This document shows, in pieces, positions 11,719 to 24,696 of a stretch of DNA of 64,000 bases. Numbering within the stretch: position 1 is the first letter of the stretch; the number at the start of each line of letters is the position of its first letter. A model generated the notes under the pieces. It was not told the DNA's origin. It made no database searches and saw nothing but the letters and a program-made list of their open reading frames with translations. The position numbers were made by a program, and so were the translations under genes. This DNA comes from Takakia lepidozioides (Eukaryota > Plantae > Bryophyta), in assembly GCA_030704615.1 (NCBI GenBank), contig CM060731.1:55180001-55244000 (forward strand), in the 5' to 3' direction.

Positions 11719-12228
11719 ATCCATTTGCCTTGCATGTGCCTTGCATTGTTTACATAGAGCCATTATACTCATTATTTGTTTTGTTCATTTTTTAGGTGAT
11801 GTGGGCCATGGGAATGAAGCATTGCAGGCTGCGTACATGGCTGCAATTGCTGATGTGCAGCGGGTGGGGGATATTACATGCAACCTCGATCATTCCCGAA
11901 TGAAAGGTTTTGACTTCCAGTATGGTGAAATCACAACACCCCCTTAGGCTTTGCCTTCTCATGAAGTAGATCGTGGTGTCGTGTAGCGTGCTCACAAACA
12001 GCCCCTTCCAGTCACGCCTACTTCTCTGATGTTCGGGTCACCAACAGAGCTGTTGCAAGATGATGAGCCCACACCTGGAGTGGAAGGGAAGCTTGCACAT
12101 GAATGCATTGGGGCCGATGATGCAGTGAAGCCCGACCATGTACATGACGGTCGTCTGTGTAACCATGACACCGCCACCACAGACCTTACCTTCCTTGACA
12201 TTAATGCCACTGAACCAGGTGCTCTTAC

Positions 12229-13844
12229 TCAAATGGAAATCGAATTGCATTCAAGCGAGGTTGTGAATGAACAGGTGCACTTGCCTGCAGTGCATGCACC
12301 CAACAACGCTACACATGCATGTTTTCTCAACCCCGCCCCCTTGGGCATTAGGGATCCTTCTGACACACGCTTCGCTATGCCTGTTATGGTGCCTATAGTA
12401 ACACGAATGGTGTTGTCCCGACGCCAATTGGCATCCCAGGCAGCCAACTGCTCTTGAACATACTGGTTTCTGATGGACTCCAACTCAACTTGTCTTGCTA
12501 TTTCTTTGAATTCAAAGCTTGAGAGGGCAGACTTGTACTCATGATAGGATATAATGGCACTGCACTCATTGTAGACAGCTCCATAGTCAAAGGCAATGCC
12601 ATGCTTCTTTGCCCAGATAGCCATGGTCTTGAAGACATCATCCTTCTCCTTCTCTGGTGCTGCATGCTAATTCGCAGGGAAACAAGTACAAACACATTAA
12701 TATAAACCACAACATTTCCAGCGATTATGTTGATATCTGACCCTGAACATGAGCATGTGTAAGTGAAATGGAGAGGGAAATGAATATGTGCATGAAGTAC
12801 TCTAGTGCGAATTCACCTGTCGATTGATCCACCAGCGGCCATACGCCGCACCCAAGTTACATTTAGCAAAGCCCTCCGCGTCAACAAGGTGCCTGAGGGA
12901 CTGTTGGAATTGAGGATGTTCCATGCTTGGGAAGAGTACAGGAAGCAATCCATAGTTAAGAAGGGTGTGAAGGCCAAGACACCGAACAGGTGCAGGCTTT
13001 TTTGGAACTCCATGGATGAAGTCAGAGATTTTGACTTGTTGGTAAAATAAAAAATGGCATCCTCCCTGGAGCGAGGAAGTGGAGGATCAGGAACCCGTGC
13101 CCCACTGACCACTTTGTTTCTTGCTAATGATTTGGATGCATGCAACTTCCCTGCCTTTGAACCCCCGGCTGGAGCCCCTTTCCTAGAGTTTTTAGGAGGA
13201 AGATTACCTGATGTCAATTTTTTTCCATGGCCTGCATGATGGGAGGAAAAACCCTTCCAAGTTTGCAAATGTAGAGCCCTCTTGCGTTTTGGCGCTTCAT
13301 CAAATGTGTCATCATCGGAGTCATCCGGAAGCTGACCTGATGTGGGATGTGTCTGATAGGAAGCGTCGTCGGCGTCTGATGACAAGTCTTGGACTACTTG
13401 ACTCTGCGACCTCATCTTCCTTCTTGATTTCTGCTGGAGATGCTCCATTTCTTGGGACACGTCCGCCTGGGAGGCCTGGCCCTTCTTCCTATATGTGGTC
13501 TTGTGAGGTGACATATGTCCATGGCGCCTGAGGTCATCTTCCATAATACCCTTCTGGCTTGGTTCAAAAATAGGGTACATTTTGAGGATACCTTCACCTT
13601 CCCCATGCTTCATACAACCATCCATCCTATGTAAGTTCAGTTTCTTTTTATCGGCAAAAAGCAGATCACAGTGTATGCATATGTATTGTCGTCTGTTAGA
13701 CGCACCAGGTTCATGGACCCTTGCCCTCGTGTAGGCCTCGCATATGAGGGACTCGTATTCATCAGTATCATATGTCTCGCGGTATTCCCTCCGGTTCTCT
13801 ATCATTTTGCTCTCCTTCATCGTGAATGTGCAGTCTCCCAACAA
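12229..13844 (-). CDS. Putative intron-containing TE-associated gene with a C2H2/C2HC-type zinc finger and a basic/acidic disordered region
   Basis: 343-aa ORF with YICIHCDLLFADKKKLNLHRMDGC; candidate donor CAG|GTGAAT near 12816; a second ORF at 12229-12660 follows a candidate acceptor. Confidence 0.45.
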
Positions 13845-16800
13845 TTGCAGCGCCAGCGTGCAAACCTACACAGACAATGCCTAGCATAAATCCACAGCAA
13901 CGACACTTTTTTTAACCTTGAAATTGCATGCATGGGCATTCAACCCCCCTAAAACCTCTAACAATGGAGTGCATGAGCCTAAACCCTAAACCCTAAACAC
14001 CAAAACAAAATGAAAGGACTTCAGATAATATGAAATATCTCCGTATGGAGAGTGTTCATGGCCGCATATGTGCACGTCCCTGCAGCTCGCAACTGAACTA
14101 TGGAAACAACACTTTATCCGGGTCTGCTCTTTCAAATACCAAGCAAATGAAACATGCAATAAGTTGCCCTCACCTACAATTTTTGTAACACACAAAAGTA
14201 ACAAGCATCTTACCCTAAACTCCATATGAAACAAAGTGTTCACCTCAACTTCATGTCAATGCTTGCATAAAGTGCCCATAAGTACGATACAACCCCACTT
14301 TTGCAGTTTCCTAAGTACTGTAGTGAGAAAACGATACAGGAACGCGGGTAGTGTGCATTAAGGCTAGCACACACGTACTTCTCTAGTTCACTCATTTACC
14401 ATTGCTATTGCTCTGATTGATCAGTTCCCTCCCTTACAGTATCTGTAGTACTGGAATGTCCCACATTTCCGAACCTATGCATACAGTATATGTGAAAGTA
14501 CCCACAAAGAAGGGAACCTGCGCCGGATAACACAGAAGAGCAAGATTGAGGTTGTGGAGCGATAATAAGGACCTGCATGCAATTCATATTTGGAGCGGAA
14601 GTGGTGCAACCATTGAAGACGGCCACAACATCTTACTTCGTATGCCGATTCTCCATTCCTATCCACAAACTCGACCTGTATGACGGGACGCGGTACGCCA
14701 ACGCCATCAAGCGCAACGATAGCGACAATTCGCAATGCCTGCCAACAGCGCAACGTCCCGTCTCATCTGGAACGTCTATTCCACCTACTCTCATCATTTT
14801 ACATGCAATGCCATACCATGTATGCAATGGACGCAAACATGTGGCATGGGGAGGTTGAAGGCATGCAGAGGGGATGGGGGATGATGCCATGCATGAGGTG
14901 AGGATGGGAGGCGGGATAGGGATGGGTGAGGAGGATGGTGTGCGGGATGGAGGCGGGGGTGGCGGGGGGTCCACGTTGGCTGAACCGGCTCCCTCGCATT
15001 GAACTCCAAGGCCCCATCTATTACTTGGCATCAAACTTGGAGTTTTGGTGAGTGTGCCAGCCCAAGCCCTGGAGGCTAACATGTAGGCGATGCTTTTTTA
15101 AACATGGGAAGGGGGAAGGGGGAAGGTAAATGCAGACTGCAAAATTATACGCAATGGGCAAGCATGAAAAGTGGCTCTTGGGGGGATCTGTCTGAACTTA
15201 TTGATAGAGGTGAGAGAGAAAATAGACAAATGTACTACGGGCTCTCATACCATCATGGATAAGTTTGAATCAACTGGTTGAATTAAAAAGAGGGTACAAC
15301 TCTGTCCATTTTTTTCCAAAAACAAGAAAACATTTTTGCAATATCTGGGATTCTACAGCCTTCCTTCCAAAGGAGAATGTCACTCTTCCTCTCTCTTCTA
15401 GGAATGCAGAAGCATGGCAGCTGTTGGTTGAAGAGATTCCCCCTTGTTGGACATCTATATGTTCCTACCCTGCTGCACTTCGTTCTCTTCCAGCTTGGCT
15501 GGGAAAAGGTGACTCTAGTTTTTCTCTTTGGCCTTTTATGCCATATCTCATCATTGCAGCGCCATGTCTGGTAGCACCCTGTCTGGCAGGGCTTTTAGGG
15601 TGGCTCAGGATGAGAGTCCTATTCCAACATCGCTCTCCAGTATTGATGAAGCAGGGCCTTATGCTATAACAGTTTTCTGTAGAACCTCAGGGGATTGCAG
15701 CCTAGCTCCCCCGATCAACATAGCGCATTATAAGGCCTCCTTCTATTGGTTTCAGCTCCCCTTCAGCATCTCCAATTTGATCTGGCAAAGTGGAATTGGA
15801 TGTATGCAGACCATCGGCCCTTCTTTGCTTACTTAGTGAAACTCAGCTACTCTTTTAAGACCACTGATGCTTTTCACTGATACGTGGAACTCCAAAAGGA
15901 GCCACTTGCCCTCAGCCCCAACCAATTGGCAGCTCGTGCAGAAAGATGTTTGCAGGAAAGATAGAGTGGCAAAAATAAGTAGGCTCGTCTGGAAGTTGGC
16001 CGATCGTATTCTGCCGCGGTTCGGCTTCATTTCTGATTCTTCCACTTCCTCCTCCATGCACCTTTGCCCTTTCACTTCCTTTGTCCGGGTTTCAATTAGC
16101 AAGATCTATGCAAACTGGTGCTCGGATTTCTCTTTTCAAAGTTCTATGTTGCTTCTAAACATGGAGAGGGGTGCTATTTGGAGTGTTTGCCTGGTGTGGG
16201 CGGCTCTCATAGCACACACCCTCTCGAATATTTGTAAGTTTAGATGCTCTCATGTTTATGCGGATATAAGACCTTGTGTCGTTACATAGAGTTCACTCAG
16301 ACATTCTGTCTGAAGCAAGAAAAGCTTGGAGTGCTTTGTGTGCAACTGCTGCTAGATGTTCACAAAGAAGGAGAATACAGCTATTCGTTAGCTTTGATAA
16401 CTCCTGGGGAAAAGGAGGCCACTTATGCACAAGAACAGCTGAATCAAAGGTTGTCTGTAACAATTGCGTCCCGTCGTGTTGGCAGTTCTCTTAAATCCCG
16501 TCATTCTGCAGAACCGGAGGACTCTGATGTTAACTGGCGCCACAAGCGCACCCTTAGGAAGGGTAAGTCTAAGGCCCATCTCTAGTTTGACTCCTCTAGG
16601 AATAGATCATTCCCCCTCCTCTTGGTTCCCCACCCCCCTCCTTGCAGACCTTCTCATCCATAGCCTCTGCAGGTCCCTGGTTCTGGTTTCGGAGCGGGTG
16701 CCCCATTTTTCTTCCTCATGGATTTTCTCGCAGGGTTATTTTTTCCTTGTTCTCTATCATGTACTCCCTTGCTTTTATTAATAGGGCCCCCTGTTCTTTA

Positions 16801-19618
16801 AAATTAAAAAAAAACAAAAATCATATACAAAATGCCCAGCAAGATTAGAAGGCAAGTAGGTCTCCCCACATCTTGTAGAGTATAAAATGTACCTGAGGTG
16901 CACAGTGCTGTAACACTGCTAATACCCACCACCAAGAACTGGTCTGAGGCACTTCGGGAAGGTTGGAGATCGGAGGGTAAACACTCGAAGACATGACCCA
17001 CACTCAACACTGCCATTTCCTAGAAAGCACTGGACAATAACATTCACAAATCCAGACCCAATCACAAATGAGATCTTCAAAAAGTCTTCTTCAGAGTATC
17101 GGACCTGATCACTCAGAAGATTTCACCAAACATTAGTAAAAGGGTGCTATACAAAGTGGGCGTGAACTATGACAAAAATTTAAAGCGCTAACGGGCAATG
17201 TCAATCTCTCAATGTCAATCTACCCCTCCTGGATGTCCCACATGTGTGACAAGAGTAGAATGAATGCCACTATTACCAGAGAGACTGTTTTTCATGCTTT
17301 TATTGCCACTAATTGAACTTTCACTAGATCTCTTTTCTGCATGTTGAAAGGTCTAAGTCACTAGATTCTTGCATTCTTCATGGGGGATGCCCTTCAGGTA
17401 AGAGGTGCTGTTTCTTTCGTGTGTGGGCTCCCCCCCCCTTCCTCTTCCATTCTGTACCAGCAATGAAACCCTTATGTCATCCAGGAGCATCACTTGCATG
17501 AATATTGGTCATCTTTGCACCCCAGTAACCAGATTACCAGACCTTTGTGGGTCATCAACATTGACCACAACGAAATAAGGTGGAATCGTCGGGTACCATT
17601 GAGAGCAGTTTGGACTTCATCTGCTCACCAGAGCATTGCAGCATACCTGTCTTCACAGGATGAATCTCCTTACCACTCTTTGTGCTCAGGGGATAGCCAT
17701 TTTATTCCCAAGACTTAGAATCTAACTGCCTTTCATACAATGGTGTGTTAAGATACCTGCAACAACCTTTCCTTTGACAGTGACTACACAGTAAATGGCT
17801 CTTTCCTCCACTCTATCAAATTCCAAGCAACAAGCCTACACCAGGCCTGGTCTACATTGCACACTGCCACCATTTCTCTCCTCTTAAGCAAAGAAGGAAA
17901 ACAATGAGCAAACGGAAGACTGTTAATACCTGCAGGCGTGGAACTGTAGGCTTTGTCAAGATGCCGGACAAAAAGGAAGAGGAAGAAGAATGGGTGCATC
18001 CTCCACTATTTTCAAGTCAGACTGGCTCGATCCTCTAGTTGTCCATGTGTGTTGCAGGTCACGCCAACCTAAGTAGCCAAAATTGAGACAGGCAAGAAAT
18101 GTATTAGATAAACAACAGACAAAATCATGCAGTGTGGTATACCCTGAACCACTTTGCACTGTATGAGATGAAACAATGGGATGAGGTAAAGCCCCCACAG
18201 ATTTTCCTACATTTACTGTGACCTAATATTTGCTCCTGACGTTTCAGCACTAGAAGCAAAGAGAAGACATGCTGGAATGAATTCCTCCACCTTTCACACT
18301 CTGCCTCCATCATGTAGGTAGTCTATGTTTGAAGTTCGCAAATTGTGTGACCTGGACTCTTTGCAGAGCCCTTTTTAAGACCTTGATATCTAGACAGCCC
18401 ACTAATCAGCTTTTTTCATGGTACCCCAGCCCATGTTAGGTCCACCTAATAGCATTTCGTTTGAGTTGAAGATCACCACTTGGCTGTAAGCACACCCTAA
18501 GCACCACACTAGAAAGCTTTGTTCAGCAGGTTTGACAAAGCCTCTTAGTCACTTGGTAGCTAGATTATGACCATTTGGCGTTGCCTTAATTCAACAAGGT
18601 GGTCTCCATGTCCATTGGAAAGAGAGACATCATAGGCAGATGCTACGTCTTTGATACTTTCTGGTCATAAGAAATTCAAAACAGGACACATACCTCTAGC
18701 AATGGAAGTTGAGGTGAAACAAGGGCATAGAAAGTACACAGACACATTGCAGTGAGAGACACAAACTTCCCTTTCTGTCTTCGCTCCTGTTGTCTGCCAG
18801 AATATCAGGGAGCTGTTATACACCACATGAGGACCTAACTTCACATGAGGAAGGCTCAAGGGTTTCAAACTCACTCTCAACTGAAGGAGCCAACTGTGAA
18901 GAGGGAAACTATTCCCCACAGCCATCACCATCGATTAACAAAAAGGCTTTTGCAATCTGTTGCCCCTCCTGCATAGGGAAGCCCCTGCCATCATAGAACA
19001 ACAGGAGACACTACTCATGCTTCTTCCTTACTCTACAGACGCAAAGCTATGTTTAGCGCACACTACACAGAGCACATCCACCTCCACTGCAGCAGATTAG
19101 TCACCTCTTAAGTTAGTTGTGAGTGCAAATTTATGTGTCAGAGTCCAGCCTAACATGCAGCTTAAGTCCAGATACACAGAGAAATGCTAAGAAGATCTGG
19201 CTCCATCCTTTCACCTGATGGAGTGAACATTCGATAGATGATTTAACCTCTCGCCATCACATATGCAATAATTCGTCCTGTGCCGTCCAACCACATGACC
19301 AACAAACTCCTGTGAACTGAGAAACACAGATGAGTTTTATGCACATTCAATTATCGGCTAAAGATCACCCGTGTCTCAATCAGCCCATTTCCCGACCTTG
19401 ATCAAACCTCTGGTGGAGTTTATATACCAGCCTCTCTAATGTGAAGAGACATGATGCAGCAGTTGTGAGCTGCCAATATCAACCATCAGCGCAGGATACA
19501 GATTACTTCACAGACCAAGAGTCACTCAGTGAGTGCACACAAGTAGCCTTGTCGCCAAAGATCCCACGCCTGGTTTGTGCACAACAGAAAGGGGAGGAGA
19601 GGGGGTGGTATAAAGAAT

Positions 19619-20532
19619 GTACTCATAAGACGACGTTTGCCGTAGCCTTGTGGCCATTGACCCCGAGCCCAGTTTGAGCGGAAACCAAAGGGACAGAACC
19701 TACCTCCGTCAGGGTCTGACATTGGTAGTACTTACCTTTATAAATAGAATTAATTCAGGTTTTTCAGATATCCTCTAGAATCCCTTCACAAGCATCAATC
19801 TGCTGTGTGAGATTTGCCCAAAAACTAGGCCTCAGAAGGGCCTGGGCTGTTGGCTCAGCCTCGAGACTTTCAAAGATGGTAAACAGAGGTACAGGCACAA
19901 TTCTCTTGATAGATTGGAGGAGAGCTTCTTTCTGGTGAGAGTACCCCGGACAATGAATCAGAGAATGAATAGTCTTTGGGTTGCCCACACAACGGCAAAT
20001 TGCACTCTCCCTTTCCTCTCTGCTTCTGTTTACTGTTCAAAGGTAGGCTTCCTCCCTGAGTTTAAATTTCAGTCTGGTGCCGAGAGTGGGTAGACCCTTG
20101 AGGTCATCCATGATATCCTCCCCCGTGTCACAGACTGGAAACAGATTCAGGGAAGTTTTCTGCCTAACTTCATTTGCATCAGACAATTTGCTGGTAACAG
20201 ACAAGGCTTTGGACACTACAGTCTCTAAGTCAGATTTATCCAGCAAGGTCAAGACTTGCGGGTCCAGATTCAGATCCTTGAGAATCTCTTCTACTCTCTT
20301 CTGCCAGGACTTAGCCTGTTTGACAGGGCGGTCCTGTTTCCAAGATATAGAGTCGATTAACTTAGGGTATCTGGTGTTGGACATGTGTTGCCACTGACCC
20401 CACCATCTGACCTTGAATTCATCTCGGCGGGAGCTTAAGGAAGGGATGCCAAACTCACCCCGAACAGCCACATTGGCTGTTTTGGAGCATGCTGACATGC
20501 ACTCCTTAAGCACCCCCACTTGAATGATTCTA
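19619..20532 (-). mobile_element. Older 5'-truncated copy of the LINE, abutting the 3' end of the long copy
   Basis: Repeats about 20533-21465 with substitutions and frameshifts; ends TTATGAGTACA. Confidence 0.9.
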
Positions 20533-23500
20533 GAGATTGTACTCATAAGACGTTGTTTGCCGTAGCCTTGTGGACATTGACCCCGCGCCCAGTTTGAGCG
20601 GGAACAAAAGGAACAGAACCTACCTCTGTCAGGGGCTGACGATGGTAATAAGACTTACCTTCATATAAAGAATTAATCCAGGTTTTCCAGACATCCTCTA
20701 GAAATCCCTTCACACAAGCATCAATCTGCTGTGTGTGATTTGCCCAAAAACTAGGCCTCAGAAGGGCCTGGGCTTTTGGCTCAGCCTCGAGACTTTCAAA
20801 GTTGGTAAACAGGGGTACAGGCACAATTCCCTTGATAGAGTTGAAGAGAGCGTCTCTTTGGTGAGAGAACCCCGGACAGTGTATCAGAAAATGAATACTG
20901 TCTTCAGATTGCCCACACAACGGGCAATTGCACTCTCCCTTTCCTCTCTGCTTCTGTTTGCTGTTCAAAGGTAGGCTTCCTGCCCTGAGTTTAAATTTCA
21001 GTCTAGTGCCGAGAGTGGGTAGACCCTTGAGGTCATCCAAGATGTCCTCCCCCATGTCACTGACTGGAAACAAGTTCAGGGAAGTTTTCTGCCTAACTTC
21101 ATTTTCATCAGACAATCTCATGGCAACAGACATGGCTTTGGACACTACAGCCTCTAAGTCAGATTTATCCAGCAGGGTCAAGACTTGCGGATCCAGGTCC
21201 AGGTCCTTGAGAATCTCTTCTACTCTCTTCTGCCAGGACTTAGCCTGTTTGACAGGGCGGTCCTGTTTCCAAGATATAGAGTCGATTAACTTAGGATACC
21301 TGGTGTTGGGCATATGTTGCAGCTGACCCCACCATCTGACCTTGAATTCATCTCGTCGGGAGCTTAAGGATGGAATGCCAAACTCACCCCAAACAGCCAC
21401 ATTGGCTGTTTTGGAGCATGCTGACATACACTCCTTAAGCACCCCCACTTGAATGGATTCTAGAGACTTAGCCTGGTTAGAGTTATCAACCCATATAGCA
21501 GATCTGTACTCCAAGGCAGGTCTAATAACGCGACAAAGCATGGTTTTCTTAACCTCAGAGTTGACACCTCTGCAGTGGAAAAATTTAGTGAGCCCCAGAG
21601 CTTTGCCCTTGCCAGTTTGAACAACTTTCCGGATATGTGCATCCCAATTACAATTGGAGGAAAACTCAACGCCCAGGTAAGTGTAGGAAGGGAGGACCGG
21701 GATCTCTTGGCTACCCCACTGCCACTTAAGATCACTTCCTCCCTCTCCTCTGTCGTTGAATGCCACCACTGCACATTTCCTGACATTAGCCTCTAGCCCC
21801 CAAAGATCAAAGTATCTCTTCGCGCAATCAATCAATTCCTGGAGGTTGGAAGGAGTCTCCCCTATGCCTGCGAAGTCATCCGCAAACATAAGGGCTGGAA
21901 TGGTGGCATCACCCACCCTTAACCCAAATCCCTCACGTTCCACATCCTCGAGGAGTTGATTGATGAAAACATTGAAGAGCAGAAGGGAGAGCGTACATCC
22001 TTGAGCTACACCTTGGTCTATGTCAAAGAAGTTAGACTTCTGTCCATTAACAGTGACACAGCTTTTGGTGTGGGCATACAAGTTATGGACAACTCTCCAC
22101 ATTTTCCCCTTGATTCCGCAAGACCAGAGGCGGAGCCATAGACCATCTCTCCACACTGTGTCATAAGCCTTTTTGACATCCAGGAAGAAAACATAAGTGG
22201 GTTTCCCTGATCAACCTCGAGACGAGTACTTATAACTCTGCAAAATATCTTGCCAACAGCATTGAGGAGCGTGATGCCACGATAGTTCCCCGGGTCTTCT
22301 CTGTCACCCTTCTTATATAGATTGACAATGATCCCCTGTTGCCAGCGAAAGGGGATCATTTCAGTCTTCCAGATAAGGTTAAAGAGGAGAACTAGGGCCT
22401 CTATCATGGGATCGCAACCGTGCTTGATAAGCTCGTTGACTATGCCATCAGGACCACCTGCTTTATATCCATTTAGATGTTCAATTGCTTCCACAATCTC
22501 AGAAGAACTAATGGGAGCGTTGTAGGCTTTTGAAATATCCTCCAGTTCATCAGGGCTGTTTTGAATCATAGGAACAGTTTTACCAACTGTGTCCTTCCAT
22601 TCATCAGAGGACCCCTCACAGTTAGACCTAGAAGTTCTGCGAAGGATACTGTAGTGGGTTTCAAAGGTTTTGACAATGTCAACCGATGATGTTACCACTG
22701 CACCCTTAGTAGTCTTCAGCGCTTGTACTTGCTGACAGCTTTTCGGCTTGTACAAGCGTTGAAGGGCCAACCAGAATCTCTTGTCAATACCACCATGGTG
22801 GTTTGAGTTTATTTCACTGTATAACTTGTCCCAGTATAATTTCTTCTGAGCCCTTACAAGCAGATTGATATCTTTACGGATCTGGTAGTACCTCGCCCAC
22901 AATCCTTTGTTGGTATTCAAATTGCAGCACTCTTTATAAAGGAATCGTCTCTCAGCTATCTTGAGTTTAATCTCATTGGTCCACCAATTAACAGCTCTAC
23001 CGCAGACAATTAGTTTCCTCCCAATGATCTTGTCAGCCGCAGAGGAGACGAAACTCTCCCAAGAATCCACTGCTCTTTCGACTTCATTTCTTGCATTGTC
23101 TGCCCAAGACTGAAGGTCTAGGAGCGAATGGACAAAATGAGGAAGAGCCTCTTGCAAGGCCTGGACATACTCAGCCTTGACCTCTTCATTATGGAATTTT
23201 TCTATGCACCACTTCCGAATCGAACGTTTCACAGATCTCTTGGTGTTGGGAAAACACCTTTTGATCTGTCCAAACCAGGAAGTGGTCAGGGGTACCAATA
23301 TCAGTTCTGTCGATCAACACATTGGCAATCTGGGGAAACAAATTTTTGTCCATTATGATATAATCCACAATGGAACGTTCCCCAGTTTGGGCTTTCTCAC
23401 GAGTCCAGTGCACTTGGTCACCTTGTGCCCTATTGTTCAAGGCCAGAAGCTGAAGCTCTTCCAGACAGTTAATTAACCGTCTGCCATTAGAGTTCAGCTC

Positions 23501-24450
23501 GTCCTCACCAAACGGCCCAATGATATCATCCTGATGGAGACCTTTACCACCCGGGCATTGAGTCACCCAATACAATCACCTGACCTTTGGCAAGAAGTTG
23601 AAAGTGGCCAGCCGCACGCCAGCCCTTTGCATGTGAATTGTTTGTCGTCTAGGTAGCTTAAGATTGCTCCTGGATGGCCAACCATTCTGCAAAGGGGGGA
23701 CAGTTACCCCATGTGTAGATTTTGCTCGTCTTGTGTAAACTTTGAGAATTGGTAAACCATTCAGAGTACCAAATCCTTCAGTTACGCGACGTCCAGACTC
23801 CGCACACTTAGGGACAAGTTGTATGTCTGACTGCTTAGTGACAATTACCCCATGTATAGATTTTGCACGTCTTGTGTAAACTTTGAGGATTGGTAAACCG
23901 TTCAGAGTACCAAATCCTTCAGATACACAACGTTCAGATTCCGTACACTTATGGGCAGATTGTCCGTCAGGCTGCTTGGATTCAACCTCAAGAGCATCAA
24001 ACCGATTAGAAACTCTCAAGTTGAAGTCCCTGCCCTTGGTTGGCTTCCTAGAGCGCCCCATTGAATCACCAATGTCTAAAACCGCCCTCCAGCCAGTCAA
24101 GGGACGAACTTCTTTGAGATTGAGTTGATGTGAGACTCTATTAGAAGCATTTTTGGGCATTGCAACTTTCAAAGTACCCCTGTTATCAAGTCTTGAGATG
24201 GAGCCATTGGTCATGAAATCCAAGCCTAAGCTAGAGCATGTAGTTTTAAAGGACAAATCGTCCATCCTGGGATTCACCCCAAAAACTACACATGAAGCCC
24301 TAGATTTGGCATAAGTAACCAATTCCCAGGAATCACCCTGGGGAGTGTTGCTGTTGACAGTAGGTAATCTAATGATTGTTTTCGTAGGCCATAAGTTTAA
24401 GTGCAAGGACCAACCCTAGTGCCGAGTATGCTAGACAGAGCATACGACTT
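20533..24450 (-). mobile_element. APE-type non-LTR retrotransposon (LINE), near full length: N-terminal region, partly deleted endonuclease, RT, C-terminal CCHC finger
   Basis: EN remnants RLATFN, VIVLGD, SIVDYI, PDHFLV. RT motifs KAGGPDGI, NYRGITLL, KAYD, QGC, LMFADD, YTYLG. CCHC finger CPLCGQSEDSIHFLIHC. Several frameshifts; 5' end approximate. Confidence 0.92.
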
Positions 24451-24696
24451 CCCAATTTGGGCGGAGGGGCAGCCCCCAAGCGGTAGGGGTCCACTTGTTA
24501 CCATTCAGAGATCACACTCCAGGGAGTTGCAGGGAATGGCCCGTGTAGGCATATTCTAAAGAGGGAAAGGCCCCAAGCTTTCCAACTAAATCCAACGCAC
24601 TACCTTACCTGGAGCAAAGCACTTCAGGTCGAAACAAACAAAGACACGAGGTCATAAGGCCGGCATTTAGTCACAGAGACATTAATGTACTCCCGT

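Noticed and set aside
15265-17720. Possible ancient LINE remnants (Trp-rich short frames)
   Set aside because: Too degraded; no diagnostic motif recognised
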